Source: Candidatus Heimdallarchaeota archaeon (lineage in GTDB: Archaea > Asgardarchaeota > Heimdallarchaeia > Hodarchaeales > Hodarchaeaceae). From it: a DNA stretch of 64,000 bases. Positions 29,924 through 39,765 of this stretch are shown here, one piece after another. Under the pieces are notes generated by a model. It had not been told where the DNA came from. It was given only the letters and a program-made list of their open reading frames with translations, and did no database searches. Position 1 is the stretch's first letter. Each line of letters begins with the position of its first letter. The DNA is taken from contig CP070695.1 in assembly GCA_020353515.1 (NCBI GenBank), positions 2,905,231 through 2,969,230 on the forward strand. The letters are read 5' to 3'. The position numbers and the translations under genes are program-made.

Positions 29924-30804
29924 TCCATTCTACTCTCCTGTAATTCAGCAAACACTGTTTCAGCAATGGATTCCATTAGGTATGGCCACGAATTGAAAAT
30001 CGTGTAAGCATCAGGCGCCGTGATAACCAAGTAGACTTTTTGGCGGAAATCATATTTTCCAAAATAATAACTGGGTTGAATACCATATACTGTTGAAAAT
30101 TTCTCACAAATTCTGTTTAGACGTTGCTTTAAATCCTCAATTGAAATAGGAGGATTTATGACACTTAATTGGAATTCGATAAGACTCCTATATTTTGTAT
30201 ACCGATCATGGTAGAAATCTACAGGTATAATGTTGATGGAATCCAGAGTTTTTATAATCCCTTTTCGATCATCATTAGTGGGTAATTGGGTACTATAATT
30301 CAACAAAGAAGCGCTAAGTAAACGACTATTGGGTATTATTACTGATGTCCTATCAATTTGAATGATCTTTGTAAAATTCAAACCAATTTCTTCAACAATC
30401 CCTATTGCTTCTTCTGTCTTTATCAAATCCCCAACAGTAAATGGTCTCGTGATAATCAAATACAGCCCTCCAAAAACATTGGATGCAACTGAGGCTGAAG
30501 CAATTCCAATAACCGCTGCTACGATAGTAGAAACACCTAAAATGAAATCTTCATCAGCTCCTAACAGTGAGAAGACCCCCAAGGTAGCTACAAAAATCTG
30601 ACCAACACTAATTAACAGATTAATAGAATTTTTAGCATCCGCGGAAATTTTTGGCATGTAATTAACGAATGATTTAACAATTTTTCCACACAACCATATG
30701 AAGATTAAAAACACAATTATAACGAGTAAGTGTAAGAGTAGATCAACCCACGGTTGAAGAACTTCCGTTAAATCAGATAATTCATTGATCCATTGATTCT
30801 TCAT
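29920..30804 (-). CDS. MscS-family mechanosensitive channel (paralog)
   Basis: SNVFGGLYLIITRPFTVGD; GIVEEIGLNFTKI; IPNS. 4-nt overlap with the downstream paralog. Confidence 0.9.
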   Translation of the reverse strand: MKNQWINELSDLTEVLQPWVDLLLHLLVIIVFLIFIWLCGKIVKSFVNYMPKISADAKNSINLLISVGQIFVATLGVFSLLGADEDFILGVSTIVAAVIGIASASVASNVFGGLYLIITRPFTVGDLIKTEEAIGIVEEIGLNFTKIIQIDRTSVIIPNSRLLSASLLNYSTQLPTNDDRKGIIKTLDSINIIPVDFYHDRYTKYRSLIEFQLSVINPPISIEDLKQRLNRICEKFSTVYGIQPSYYFGKYDFRQKVYLVITAPDAYTIFNSWPYLMESIAETVFAELQESRMD

Positions 30805-31189
30805 ATTGATTTAGCCATAAAACTTGAAGATAAATACACTTTTTGGTTGTTTTACAAAGAAGTGGTAAGTGTGTAGAGAGAATGTTTTTGTACTAAAAAA
30901 ACATGATATCTCCTATATGAAAACGGAATTTTAAAGAAGCTTTAAAATATTGACGGAGTAAAAAGTAATTTTAAACTTCTGAAGGTGCGTACCTATATTT
31001 AAGCAAAAACTGATGAATTATCTAATGGAGAACAGAACAAAAATTCTACTTATCTATGTCATTCTTACTTGTTATCTCCTGAGAATCGTGTCAGAAAATT
31101 CTCTTTAATACCCTATATATATGTATATTCCGTAAATATCGGTCAAGATCTAATTGATTTCATTTTATAATTCTTTTATCTTATTTTAG

Positions 31190-31425
31190 CAGCCATATGG
31201 TTCGTCTTTCTCCCCATTCATCCATCCCAGCAGATTTCTCGACATGCCTCAGACGATTTGACGTTTTGATGTTTCTTCACGGTGGGTTTTATCTAAAGCA
31301 AGTCTAGCTTTTATTTCTTCGAACCATATTACCCATGCAGTACCTTTTCCTCCTTGGGACTATTTCTATCGGGTTCGACGCCGTTTTCCTCCTTGCAGTA
31401 CGTCTACCTCTGGGTTGGTATTACA
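31190..31425. ncRNA. Candidate structured non-coding element upstream of actin
   Basis: GC-elevated island in an AT-rich gap. 10-bp inverted repeat at 31195-204 / 31320-329; TTTTCCTCCTTG twice and TGCAGTAC twice; no convincing ORF. Confidence 0.3.
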
Positions 31426-31446
31426 TTCTAATTTCAAAACCAAAGG

Positions 31447-31527
31447 TTTTTATACCAACGGAGAATGGTGGTACTTGCATAGGCAAATGAAAGACGTCTC
31501 CGTTGAGTGAAACGGTTACTGAGACGT
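31447..31527 (+). promoter_or_regulatory. Putative actin promoter (TATA box) and 5'-UTR hairpin
   Basis: TTTTTATA at 31447-54 after an A-rich BRE-like stretch. ACGTCTC 31494-500 pairs with GAGACGT 31521-27, with an inner CGTT/AACG stem. Confidence 0.45.
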
Positions 31528-31589
31528 ATTTAAATGATCAGCCTAAAAATGATCTTTTTCTACTATCAACATCAATGAAGTGAAAAAAA

Positions 31590-32732
31590 ATGTCAGTAGC
31601 AGAAGGAATTACTGGAAAACCCCTCGTCATCGATAATGGGACAGGGTTAAGCAAGAACGGTTATGCAGGTGAAGACCAGCCCCGTTCAGTGTTTCCCACT
31701 TTAATTGGTTATCCGAAATATCAGTCTATCATGTCTGATGTGGACCATTATGTCCGGGAATACTATGTCGGCGAAGAAGCTATGAACTTACGTGGTGTAC
31801 TCAAGCTTATCTATCCAATTCTCCATGGGATTGTTACCGATTGGGATGCAATGGAGAAGATTTGGCATTACACCTTCCATAACGATCTTCGGGTCAATCC
31901 AAGTGAACATCCTATTTTATTGACCGAAGCTCCCTTGAATCCAAGTACCAACCGGGAGAAGATGGCAGAAATTCTCTTTGAGACGTTTAACGTCCCCGCT
32001 ATGTATGTATCTATGCAAGCGGTTCTGTCACTTTATGCCTCTGGACGGACTACAGGGTTAGTTATTGACGCGGGTGATGGTGTTATCCATATCGTACCTA
32101 TTTACGAAGGATTCGCTATCTCTCATGCGATTAGTCGTATTGACATCGCTGGTCGTGACATTACTGAGTACCTCCGACGACTGCTTCGAACTCGTGGTCG
32201 TGCATTAACCTCCTCTGCCGAGAAAGAGATTGTTCGTGATATTAAGGAACGCCTTTGTTATGTCGCTCTTGACCCTGAAAAGGAATTGAAGCTTGCCGAG
32301 AAAGTCTCTGGTATGGAGAAACAATACACTCTCCCTGACGGAGAAACCCTCACTATTGGACCTGAACGTTTCTTGGCTCCTGAAGCATTCTTCAATCCAA
32401 GTGCCCTTGGAAAAGAAGAAACACCTCTGGATGAAGCTATCTACAACGCTGTACAACTCTGTGATATTGACCTCCGTAAAGAACTATATCAGAACATTGT
32501 TCTTTCTGGCGGCTCTACCATGTTCCCAGGCTTGAAAGAGCGTCTTCACAAAGAGCTCACTGAACTCGTTCCCGAAAATGTTGAGATCCGTATCGTGGCT
32601 CCTCCTGAGCGCCGATATTCCGTCTGGATTGGTGGATCAATTCTCTCCTCCTTAAAAACCTTCCAGCGATTATGGGTTTCCCGCAAAGAATATCAAGAAC
32701 AAGGCCCTGGCGTTATCAAACGAGCTATCTAA
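31590..32732 (+). CDS. Actin (Asgard Lokiactin-type)
   Basis: [81 protein letters not shown]; 380 aa. Confidence 0.98.
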   Translation: MSVAEGITGKPLVIDNGTGLSKNGYAGEDQPRSVFPTLIGYPKYQSIMSDVDHYVREYYVGEEAMNLRGVLKLIYPILHGIVTDWDAMEKIWHYTFHNDLRVNPSEHPILLTEAPLNPSTNREKMAEILFETFNVPAMYVSMQAVLSLYASGRTTGLVIDAGDGVIHIVPIYEGFAISHAISRIDIAGRDITEYLRRLLRTRGRALTSSAEKEIVRDIKERLCYVALDPEKELKLAEKVSGMEKQYTLPDGETLTIGPERFLAPEAFFNPSALGKEETPLDEAIYNAVQLCDIDLRKELYQNIVLSGGSTMFPGLKERLHKELTELVPENVEIRIVAPPERRYSVWIGGSILSSLKTFQRLWVSRKEYQEQGPGVIKRAI

Positions 32733-32734
32733 GT

Positions 32735-32770
32735 CCCCCCCTTTTCCCTTTTTCTTCCCTTTTTTTTATT
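32735..32770 (+). terminator. Oligo-T / pyrimidine-rich archaeal terminator after actin
   Basis: CCCCCCCTTTTCCCTTTTTCTTCCCTTTTTTTT immediately after the stop codon. Confidence 0.6.
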
Positions 32771-32866
32771 CTTCAACAGTTTTTAATGCTTGTTTTGTAA
32801 GAATTTTAGGTTTCTTCGTTTCGAAGAAAGCTTTATTAGTACCCTTCTAGTTCCAACTAAGTTATT

Positions 32867-34282
32867 ATGCTGGATATTGACACTTTCATAGAGAAGTTTG
32901 AACCCCGAGTTTCTGCTGCTATGACTAAAAACGATGTCCCAGGGATGGCGATCGCTCTTGTTCTGGACGATCAGGTTATTTATTCTCGGGGTTTTGGCTC
33001 TAGAAACGTGAAGAAATTCTTACCCTTCACTCCAGATACCCTGAATGGTTTTGGGTCCTGTACCAAATCATTTACTTGCCTTGCCATCATGCAGTTGTAT
33101 TCTCAAGGTAAACTTGATATTCATGACCCAGTGTCTAAATACATTCCCTTTAAACTTGGATTAAAAGACTACCCTATCACCATCCATCATTTTATGACCC
33201 ACACCTCTGGCATCCCCAATCTCGGGTCTGCAGAGCTAGTCATCGGGCAAAACTATCCCATTAATCTGAAATTTCCTTCTGTTCCGTTTTCCAGTTGGGA
33301 AGACTTCTACACCCATTTTAACCTTGCCCAAGACGAGATCCTCTTCAAGCCCCAGGAGTATTTCTTCTATTTTAACGGTGGTTACACTGCTCTTGGGCAC
33401 ATTATTACCCGAGTCAGTGGAATGCGATATGAAGATTACGTGAGAAAGCATATCCTTGACCCTCTCGATATGAATCGATCTGGGTTCTTAGAATCATGTA
33501 TTTCCAAAGACGACAATGTCTCTGTTCCTTATGAAATGCTTCCAGGGAAGAATGGGAAACCTACACCTACACCAGCGGAATTCCCCTTCAATCAATTTAT
33601 TTTCGCTCCAGGCGGATTGATTAGTTCCGTAAACGAAATGGCAAATTATATCATGATGATGATGAATGGCGGTCAATTTGGAGAAAATCAATTATTAGAT
33701 GAAGATAAAATCAATGAAATGACCAAAATGCACCATGTCGGACAAATCCATTCCATTTTATCCGCATTTGGTGATCAAAGTGGGTATGGGTATGGGTGGG
33801 CCATGTGTGATAATTTCTTCGGTAACACTTTAATTCAACATGCTGGAGGAATTACAGGTGGAACTTCTCTCATTGGCTTTATTAAGGAACTGAAACTCGG
33901 GTTCACGGCAATTGGCAATACTGCTGGCTTTCCTGTGCATGAAGTGTATGCTGCTCTCGCATTACTTCAAGGGAAAGATCCTGATAGAGAAGTTCCTTTC
34001 TTTCTTCGTGATAATCATTATAACAAACTGTGTGGGAACTACAAGAATTACAAAGGGATTGGTAAAGGAAAAATTGTCAATAAATTAGGGGTACTCCATC
34101 TTGAAACCCCAGTTCCAACCGCTAGTTATCCTTTATTTCCTTCATCTGATGCCCACGAGGTGTTAGATTTTTACATTCTTACCCCCACTGGGGTCAAAAT
34201 GCCTGTGGTATTCAGATTTGATGACAGTGACAAAGTGCATTTTACCTTTGAACGCAATTCATATCATAAAGTTGGAGAATGA
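32867..34282 (+). CDS. Serine hydrolase, beta-lactamase/AmpC-like (Pab87-type peptidase)
   Basis: SxxK (SCTK), THTSG, YxN (YFN), PGGLISS, HAGG. Confidence 0.9.
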   Translation: MLDIDTFIEKFEPRVSAAMTKNDVPGMAIALVLDDQVIYSRGFGSRNVKKFLPFTPDTLNGFGSCTKSFTCLAIMQLYSQGKLDIHDPVSKYIPFKLGLKDYPITIHHFMTHTSGIPNLGSAELVIGQNYPINLKFPSVPFSSWEDFYTHFNLAQDEILFKPQEYFFYFNGGYTALGHIITRVSGMRYEDYVRKHILDPLDMNRSGFLESCISKDDNVSVPYEMLPGKNGKPTPTPAEFPFNQFIFAPGGLISSVNEMANYIMMMMNGGQFGENQLLDEDKINEMTKMHHVGQIHSILSAFGDQSGYGYGWAMCDNFFGNTLIQHAGGITGGTSLIGFIKELKLGFTAIGNTAGFPVHEVYAALALLQGKDPDREVPFFLRDNHYNKLCGNYKNYKGIGKGKIVNKLGVLHLETPVPTASYPLFPSSDAHEVLDFYILTPTGVKMPVVFRFDDSDKVHFTFERNSYHKVGE

Positions 34283-34299
34283 TAACTACTCTGAAGTTT

Positions 34300-35049
34300 C
34301 TAAGGTTGAACTAAATCACTGATGGTGTGTTGATACATAACAACTAATTCATCGGAGAGTTCCTGTTCTAGGATGAAGTTCATTCTATCGAGAGCTCGTT
34401 GGATTCGTTCATTATCCCCTGCTTCGAGTACTCGATCTAATAATCTCATCAATGTAATTACCCGAGTATGGATTAATTTTTGTTCATCTAGGGTTAACGA
34501 CGAAACAAGATAGGAATCTAAATACTTTGTAAGATGTTCACGAATTTTTTCGCCTTCATTGATCACTTTTAGCTTCCGCTTAAGAATGAGGTCTGTTTCG
34601 TGAGCTATTTCTTTTATTAAGGCCTTTTTATGATGAATTGGGTCTCCCTCGTAGTACTCAAAATACTTAGAAAAAATTGCTTGGATTTGCCTTAAATCTA
34701 TCCAAGCCATCTCCATTACTACCTGAGGAATTAGAATTGACACTAAATTGATGCTAAATCCGCCACGATTTGTCTCGGATGTTTCATAAAGTACAGTACA
34801 AATAGAGAATAACTCATGCTCGGGGAATGGGATCGTTGCGGGCATCTTTGAGTAAGAAATATGATTCGGCCGACTCGAAAAGACTGACATCCCTCTTAAG
34901 GATATACCAAATAATAACTCGTCCGATAATGTTTTAGGAGTCCATTCGACTGGCATTCCTCCCTGAATATCGTCAAATGTTGTCCAAACCATCCCTACAA
35001 GGATCTTGTAAGGCTTTGTTTTCTCTTTTAGGGTTTTACTGAGAGTCAT
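34300..35049 (-). CDS. uDENN/longin-like domain protein
   Basis: 'WTTFDDIQGGMPVEWTP' and 'NRGGFSINLVSIL' match the FDxxxGP...P and RGG-strand pattern of uDENN longins. ATG at 35049 (alternative GTG at 35076). Confidence 0.6.
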   Translation of the reverse strand: MTLSKTLKEKTKPYKILVGMVWTTFDDIQGGMPVEWTPKTLSDELLFGISLRGMSVFSSRPNHISYSKMPATIPFPEHELFSICTVLYETSETNRGGFSINLVSILIPQVVMEMAWIDLRQIQAIFSKYFEYYEGDPIHHKKALIKEIAHETDLILKRKLKVINEGEKIREHLTKYLDSYLVSSLTLDEQKLIHTRVITLMRLLDRVLEAGDNERIQRALDRMNFILEQELSDELVVMYQHTISDLVQP

Positions 35050-35219
35050 TATTCTTCTGTCCCTGAGAACTCTCACTGATATCTTTGGGTCATCTATTGT
35101 TCCATTATTATTGAACCATTAAAGAATTTCGCTTTGATAACATTCCTAATGGAAAAATCAATTTATATTTATAAAATAACTTAGAAACTTTTTGTTAGAA
35201 TAGCGAGTATTGACTAACT

Positions 35220-35552
35220 TCATTCTTGAGATTTCAGTTTCTTTGAAATAAGATCCGCAACTAGGTCGCATATTTCTAGAATTCGTGAATCTGCTAAGGA
35301 ATAATAAACCTCGTTTGCTTCTCGACGTGTTGTTACTGCACCTTTATCTCTAAGTACCCTGAGATGTTGTGAGATATATGGTTGTGGCTTCTTCGTTAGT
35401 GTTTTTATGTCAGAAACATTTTTTTCACCATCTTGAAGTATTTGAAGAATTTTCAATCTGAAAGGGTGAGTTAAAGACTGACACAGATCCGCTTGAAGAT
35501 TTAATGATTTATTTTCATCATCTAATGTATTTATACTTTGATCGGAGGTCAT
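35220..35552 (-). CDS. ArsR/SmtB family transcriptional regulator
   Basis: LTHPFRLKIL, ISQHLRVLRD and VYYSL. Start moved to ATG 35552 because the longer ORF overlaps the divergent gene. Confidence 0.92.
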   Translation of the reverse strand: MTSDQSINTLDDENKSLNLQADLCQSLTHPFRLKILQILQDGEKNVSDIKTLTKKPQPYISQHLRVLRDKGAVTTRREANEVYYSLADSRILEICDLVADLISKKLKSQE

Positions 35553-35567
35553 TTCCTTGTCAAATTG

Positions 35568-35589
35568 TATATATGGTATTGCATATATA
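35568..35589. promoter_or_regulatory. Palindromic putative ArsR operator
   Basis: TATATATG-N6-CATATATA between the divergent arsR and PDO genes. Confidence 0.5.
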
Positions 35590-35671
35590 TAGGTTTTGGA
35601 ATATTCAAAGAACGGAATATTTATAAATAAATACAGAAAGTGATAAATCAAGAAGTTTTGGAGGATATTAA

Positions 35672-36376
35672 ATGTCCGAAGGTAAAGTAAGAATCGAAGA
35701 AAAAATTTTGAACGAGGTTCGTCAGATGTTTGATGGATTAACCTCAGATGTAACACTACACATGTTTACAAATAAAAATCATTGTTTATTATGTAATGAA
35801 ACCCTTGATTTGGCAGAACAGATCTCCAACCAATCTGATAAAATAACACTTGATCATTGTGAATGTGATATTAATTCCGAAAAAGCACAGGATTGGCGGA
35901 TCACAAGACATCCTGCGATAGCCATTGAAGGAAAAGGAAAAGGATTGATTAGATTTTTTGGTATCCCTTCTGGATATGAATTTGGTAGTCTGATTGAGAC
36001 CATAATTATGGCTGGTACAGATAAAGAAAGTGATCTCCCTCCTGAAATTATCGAAGAGATTGAAAACATTGATCAACCTGTCCATTTACAAGTTTTTGTG
36101 ACCCCCACTTGTCCTTATTGCCCCCGAGCAGTGTTAAATGCATTTAAATTTGCCATGTTGAATGAAAACATTACTGCTGACATGATTGAGGCGACAGAAT
36201 TCCAAGAGATGTCTATGCAATATCAAGTACAAGGAGTTCCAAAGACTGTCATCAATGATGACTGGATTGAAGAGGATGACGATGGTGAAATTCTCAGATA
36301 TCCTAAATGGAGTGTTGTTGGAGCGGTACCTGAAAGTGCATTACTTGCGAAGGTTAAAGAAGCTCTTGGAGAGTAG
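35672..36376 (+). CDS. Protein disulfide oxidoreductase (PDO, two thioredoxin folds)
   Basis: CLLC and CPYC active sites; GIPSGYEF; VQGVPKT. Confidence 0.92.
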   Translation: MSEGKVRIEEKILNEVRQMFDGLTSDVTLHMFTNKNHCLLCNETLDLAEQISNQSDKITLDHCECDINSEKAQDWRITRHPAIAIEGKGKGLIRFFGIPSGYEFGSLIETIIMAGTDKESDLPPEIIEEIENIDQPVHLQVFVTPTCPYCPRAVLNAFKFAMLNENITADMIEATEFQEMSMQYQVQGVPKTVINDDWIEEDDDGEILRYPKWSVVGAVPESALLAKVKEALGE

Positions 36377-36431
36377 AAAAAAATTAATAAGGTTGATTCT
36401 ACGATTTGATCACCTATAGGAGACTCTATAT

Positions 36432-37019
36432 GTGCTAGAACGAATAACTGGAGAATTCTATCAGACAGGTGACACTTTTGATGAATTCTTACAATCTGGA
36501 ACAGAAGACGAACAAGAACGATTCAATTTATATTATCGAAGGCTAGAAAAAAAATTCTCTCCTGAAGAATTTCGTATTGATTTAAACTATCCAGTCAATC
36601 TTTTGGTTCTTGCGACGACTTGGTGTTGGGATTCCAAAACCAATGTCCCTGTTTTCATCAGAATCGCAGAACATAGTCCAAATGTCAACCTTAAAATCTT
36701 CAACAAGGATCGATATCCTTTCTTAGTAGATAAGATAAATGGTGGTGAAAAAGTACCTCAAGTCCTCATTTTTTCACAAGATTATCAATATCTGGATCGA
36801 TGGGTTGAGCGGACAACCTTAGGCTATCAATTGTATGGAGATGTTCGAAAGGAATATGGGTGGGACGAAAGTGTTGCTGATGAGTTCTTAAAAGATTATC
36901 GTAAGAAATATCTTAAACAGCAAAAAGATCTTGAAAAAGCTCTCATCCAAGAGACCCGAACACTATTGACTCGAATAGATGCCATTCAAGCCGCGACAGG
37001 ACGTTTTTTCAAGAAGTGA
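36432..37019 (+). CDS. Thioredoxin-fold protein (Thioredoxin_9-like, CxxS)
   Basis: WCWDS, NGGEKVP and RWVER. Confidence 0.8.
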   Translation: MLERITGEFYQTGDTFDEFLQSGTEDEQERFNLYYRRLEKKFSPEEFRIDLNYPVNLLVLATTWCWDSKTNVPVFIRIAEHSPNVNLKIFNKDRYPFLVDKINGGEKVPQVLIFSQDYQYLDRWVERTTLGYQLYGDVRKEYGWDESVADEFLKDYRKKYLKQQKDLEKALIQETRTLLTRIDAIQAATGRFFKK

Positions 37020-37136
37020 TTTGTATTAACATGAGTTAAGCTCATAACCCTAAATATCTTGTTTGGGAGGGAATCGTTTAAACCCCCAGATTTTTTATAA
37101 AAGTTGATACGAAGCAACTTGTAGAGATGCTTAAGC

Positions 37137-39746
37137 TTGAAAAAACGGGTAATTGAATGGAATTTTCCTTTGGCAGAAGTATCAAAAGCATCTACTCACG
37201 AAAAAAGTGTTCGTCATGGACATCCAAGTACATTACATATATGGTGGGCACGTCGGCCATTAGCTGCTTCACGAGCAACCACTTTCGCTGCCTTAATTGA
37301 TCTTCCTTCTGGTTTAAAAAAGCAAAAAGAAATTATAAATTTAATTAAAGAGATTTCACCTTGGAATACAGTAAAGTCAAATTCTAGTCCTGTTATTCAT
37401 CAGAGTCAGCAATTAATTAAGAACCAATGGGATACAAAACCACCTCGAATACTTGATCCCTTTTCCGGGGGTGGTTCAATCCCTCTTGAAGCCCTTAGAC
37501 TTGGTTGTGAAACCTATGCTAGTGATTTAAATCCAATAGCTGTTCTGATTAGCAAAGCCACATTAGAATGGCCCCAAAAGATTGCTAGTCCCGAACTCGC
37601 ATCTTTGGTAGAAAAGTGGGCGATACATATCCATAAAGAAGTAAATCAAAAGATAGGCCGATTTTATCCAAATGACCTTGATGGAAGTATCCCAATTGGA
37701 TATCTCTGGGCTAGGACCATTCCATGTCCTAATCCGGCTTGTCAGGCAGATCTACCGTTAATCAAACACTTTTGGTTGGCTAAGACCAAAACCCGTTCAA
37801 TTGCATATAAACCGGTTATAGATAAACAGCTGAAGACCATTTCTTTTCAGATTCTACATAATCAAGATATTGACTTTGATCCTTCTGTCGGTACGATATC
37901 ACGAGCTAAAGCAAAATGTTTAATTTGTAACCAAGTAACTAATGCCTCTAGGATTCAGGAACTTGCACAACAGGGGAAAATGTATCATAAAATGACTGTG
38001 GTAATTCTAAGATCTCCAGAAAAGCCAATAAAGCGGTATCGTGTAGCTAATGAGGAAGATATACGAACTTTTATTGAAGCAGAAGAATATCTTAGTCAAA
38101 AATTATCCCTCACGAGCAACATAGATACTCTGCTACCCACTGAAAAATTACCACCAATGGGAACATTAGGTTTTGGTGTTCGGCAATATGGGATGGTGAA
38201 ATGGAAGGATCTATTTAATTCTCGGCAGCTACTGGCAATTATTTCCTTTTTAGAGCATATCAAGGAAATTTCTGAAGTGATTAAACAAGAGTATCAGGAA
38301 GAAATTGAGATTGTCCCTCATCCAATTAAGCTTTCAACAATTATCACCACATATTTAGCAATTATTTTAGGGCGATTAGTAGATAAAAATGCAAATCTAG
38401 TTGTGTATAATGCCTATGGTGAAAAGATCGAACACGTTTTTGGTCGAACAGCGCTCCCTATGGCTTGGGATTATGCAGAATTAAATGTTTTTTCTGGTGC
38501 TAATGGTGATTGGCTTCATCAGCTAGATTGGGTAAGAAGGTTCTTAGAAAATAATTGTTGGGCATCTAGTGCAACATCATCTGTGTATCAGGCTTCTGCA
38601 ACAAAGCTTCCGTTTTCTTCCGAATATTTCCACGCGATTCTTACTGATCCGCCCTATTACGATAATGTTCCTTATTCAGATCTCTCTGATTTTTTTTATG
38701 TATGGTTCAAGAGAGCAGTAGGCGATTTGTTTCCTAATCTTTTTGCAACTCCTCTCACCCCCAAATCAGAGGAGATTGTTGCGAATAAAGGAAGACAAAG
38801 TGATCCTAAAGCTTTTTTTGAGGAAATGATTAGTTTGTCGTTCCAAGAGATGTATAGAGTCTTAAAAGCAGATGGTATCGCATTAATTGTGTATGCTCAT
38901 AAATCATCGGAGGGCTGGGAAACAATGTTAAAATCATTGACCTCTGCAGGATTTGTTGTAACCGCTTCATGGCCGATTAATACTGAAATGAAAACTCGTC
39001 TTCGTGCGAAAACCTCTGCAGCCCTTGCCTCCTCTATATATTTGGTTTGTCGAAAGTATCCACAACAAGAAATTGGTTATTTCCATGAAATCCGTCAAGA
39101 GATGGAACTTGAAATACAAAAGCAATTAAATCGGTTCTGGGAAGATGGAATTCGTGGGGGTGATTTTTTTATTTCTGCAATTGGACCAGCTATGGAAATT
39201 TTGAGTAGATACCGCCAAATAGAACGCTATTCGGGAGAAGTTGTTTCATTTCAAGATCAATTAACTCTTATTCGTTCAATTTCGACTAATTTTCTTGTTA
39301 AAAGAGTATTGCATAATCGGGGAGAAATTACGATTGATAATGTATCTCAATTTTATCTCGCATTTCGTTGGACCTTTCAGGAAGCCATAGTTGAATTTGG
39401 GGAAGCTCAAAAGCTGGCTCAAGCGTGTGGAGTGGAATTTAATACATTAGTAAAGGGAGGATATATCCGAAAAAAAGGATCGAAAGTGAGAGTGTCAAAC
39501 GCTCTAAACCGATTGACTTTTAACCCAAATGACACTTATATGGTTAATATCATGCATCTTTCATTAATTGCTTGGAAAGAAGGAGCTGAAACCCAATTAG
39601 AGAAATTGCTTTTAGCTCCTAAACGGAAAATAGACACTAGTTTTTGGCAATATTGTCAAGCAGTTGCGGAATGTCTCCCAAGGAAAAATGTTGAAAAACA
39701 ATTGCTTGAGGGGCTGTTAGTTTCAAAATATTGCAAATCTAGATAA
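37137..39746 (+). CDS. DUF1156-type adenine-specific DNA methyltransferase with Zn ribbon
   Basis: HGHPSTLHIWWARRPL; SAM-binding DPFSGGGSIP; CPNPAC...CLIC; catalytic TDPPYYD. Confidence 0.9.
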   Translation: MKKRVIEWNFPLAEVSKASTHEKSVRHGHPSTLHIWWARRPLAASRATTFAALIDLPSGLKKQKEIINLIKEISPWNTVKSNSSPVIHQSQQLIKNQWDTKPPRILDPFSGGGSIPLEALRLGCETYASDLNPIAVLISKATLEWPQKIASPELASLVEKWAIHIHKEVNQKIGRFYPNDLDGSIPIGYLWARTIPCPNPACQADLPLIKHFWLAKTKTRSIAYKPVIDKQLKTISFQILHNQDIDFDPSVGTISRAKAKCLICNQVTNASRIQELAQQGKMYHKMTVVILRSPEKPIKRYRVANEEDIRTFIEAEEYLSQKLSLTSNIDTLLPTEKLPPMGTLGFGVRQYGMVKWKDLFNSRQLLAIISFLEHIKEISEVIKQEYQEEIEIVPHPIKLSTIITTYLAIILGRLVDKNANLVVYNAYGEKIEHVFGRTALPMAWDYAELNVFSGANGDWLHQLDWVRRFLENNCWASSATSSVYQASATKLPFSSEYFHAILTDPPYYDNVPYSDLSDFFYVWFKRAVGDLFPNLFATPLTPKSEEIVANKGRQSDPKAFFEEMISLSFQEMYRVLKADGIALIVYAHKSSEGWETMLKSLTSAGFVVTASWPINTEMKTRLRAKTSAALASSIYLVCRKYPQQEIGYFHEIRQEMELEIQKQLNRFWEDGIRGGDFFISAIGPAMEILSRYRQIERYSGEVVSFQDQLTLIRSISTNFLVKRVLHNRGEITIDNVSQFYLAFRWTFQEAIVEFGEAQKLAQACGVEFNTLVKGGYIRKKGSKVRVSNALNRLTFNPNDTYMVNIMHLSLIAWKEGAETQLEKLLLAPKRKIDTSFWQYCQAVAECLPRKNVEKQLLEGLLVSKYCKSR

Positions 39747-39765
39747 CCATCAAACTGAATTGAGT

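Noticed and set aside
31178-31280. Selenoprotein-like TGA readthrough in a minus-strand micro-ORF (...CREICWDG*MGRK...)
   Set aside because: No recognisable family, no clear SD and no SECIS-like hairpin.
31190-31425. SRP RNA or RNase P RNA identity for the element upstream of actin
   Set aside because: No SRP helix-8 motif (CAGG...GGAA...AGCA) and no RNase P P4 halves (GAGGAAAGUCC / ACAGAA...GGCUUA) on either strand.
32867-34282. Antibiotic-resistance beta-lactamase or functional link to actin
   Set aside because: Generic SxxK serine peptidase family, separated from actin by a terminator-like T tract.
35553-35756. 68-aa N-terminal extension of ArsR
   Set aside because: Overlaps the divergent promoter and PDO start; composition is not protein-like.
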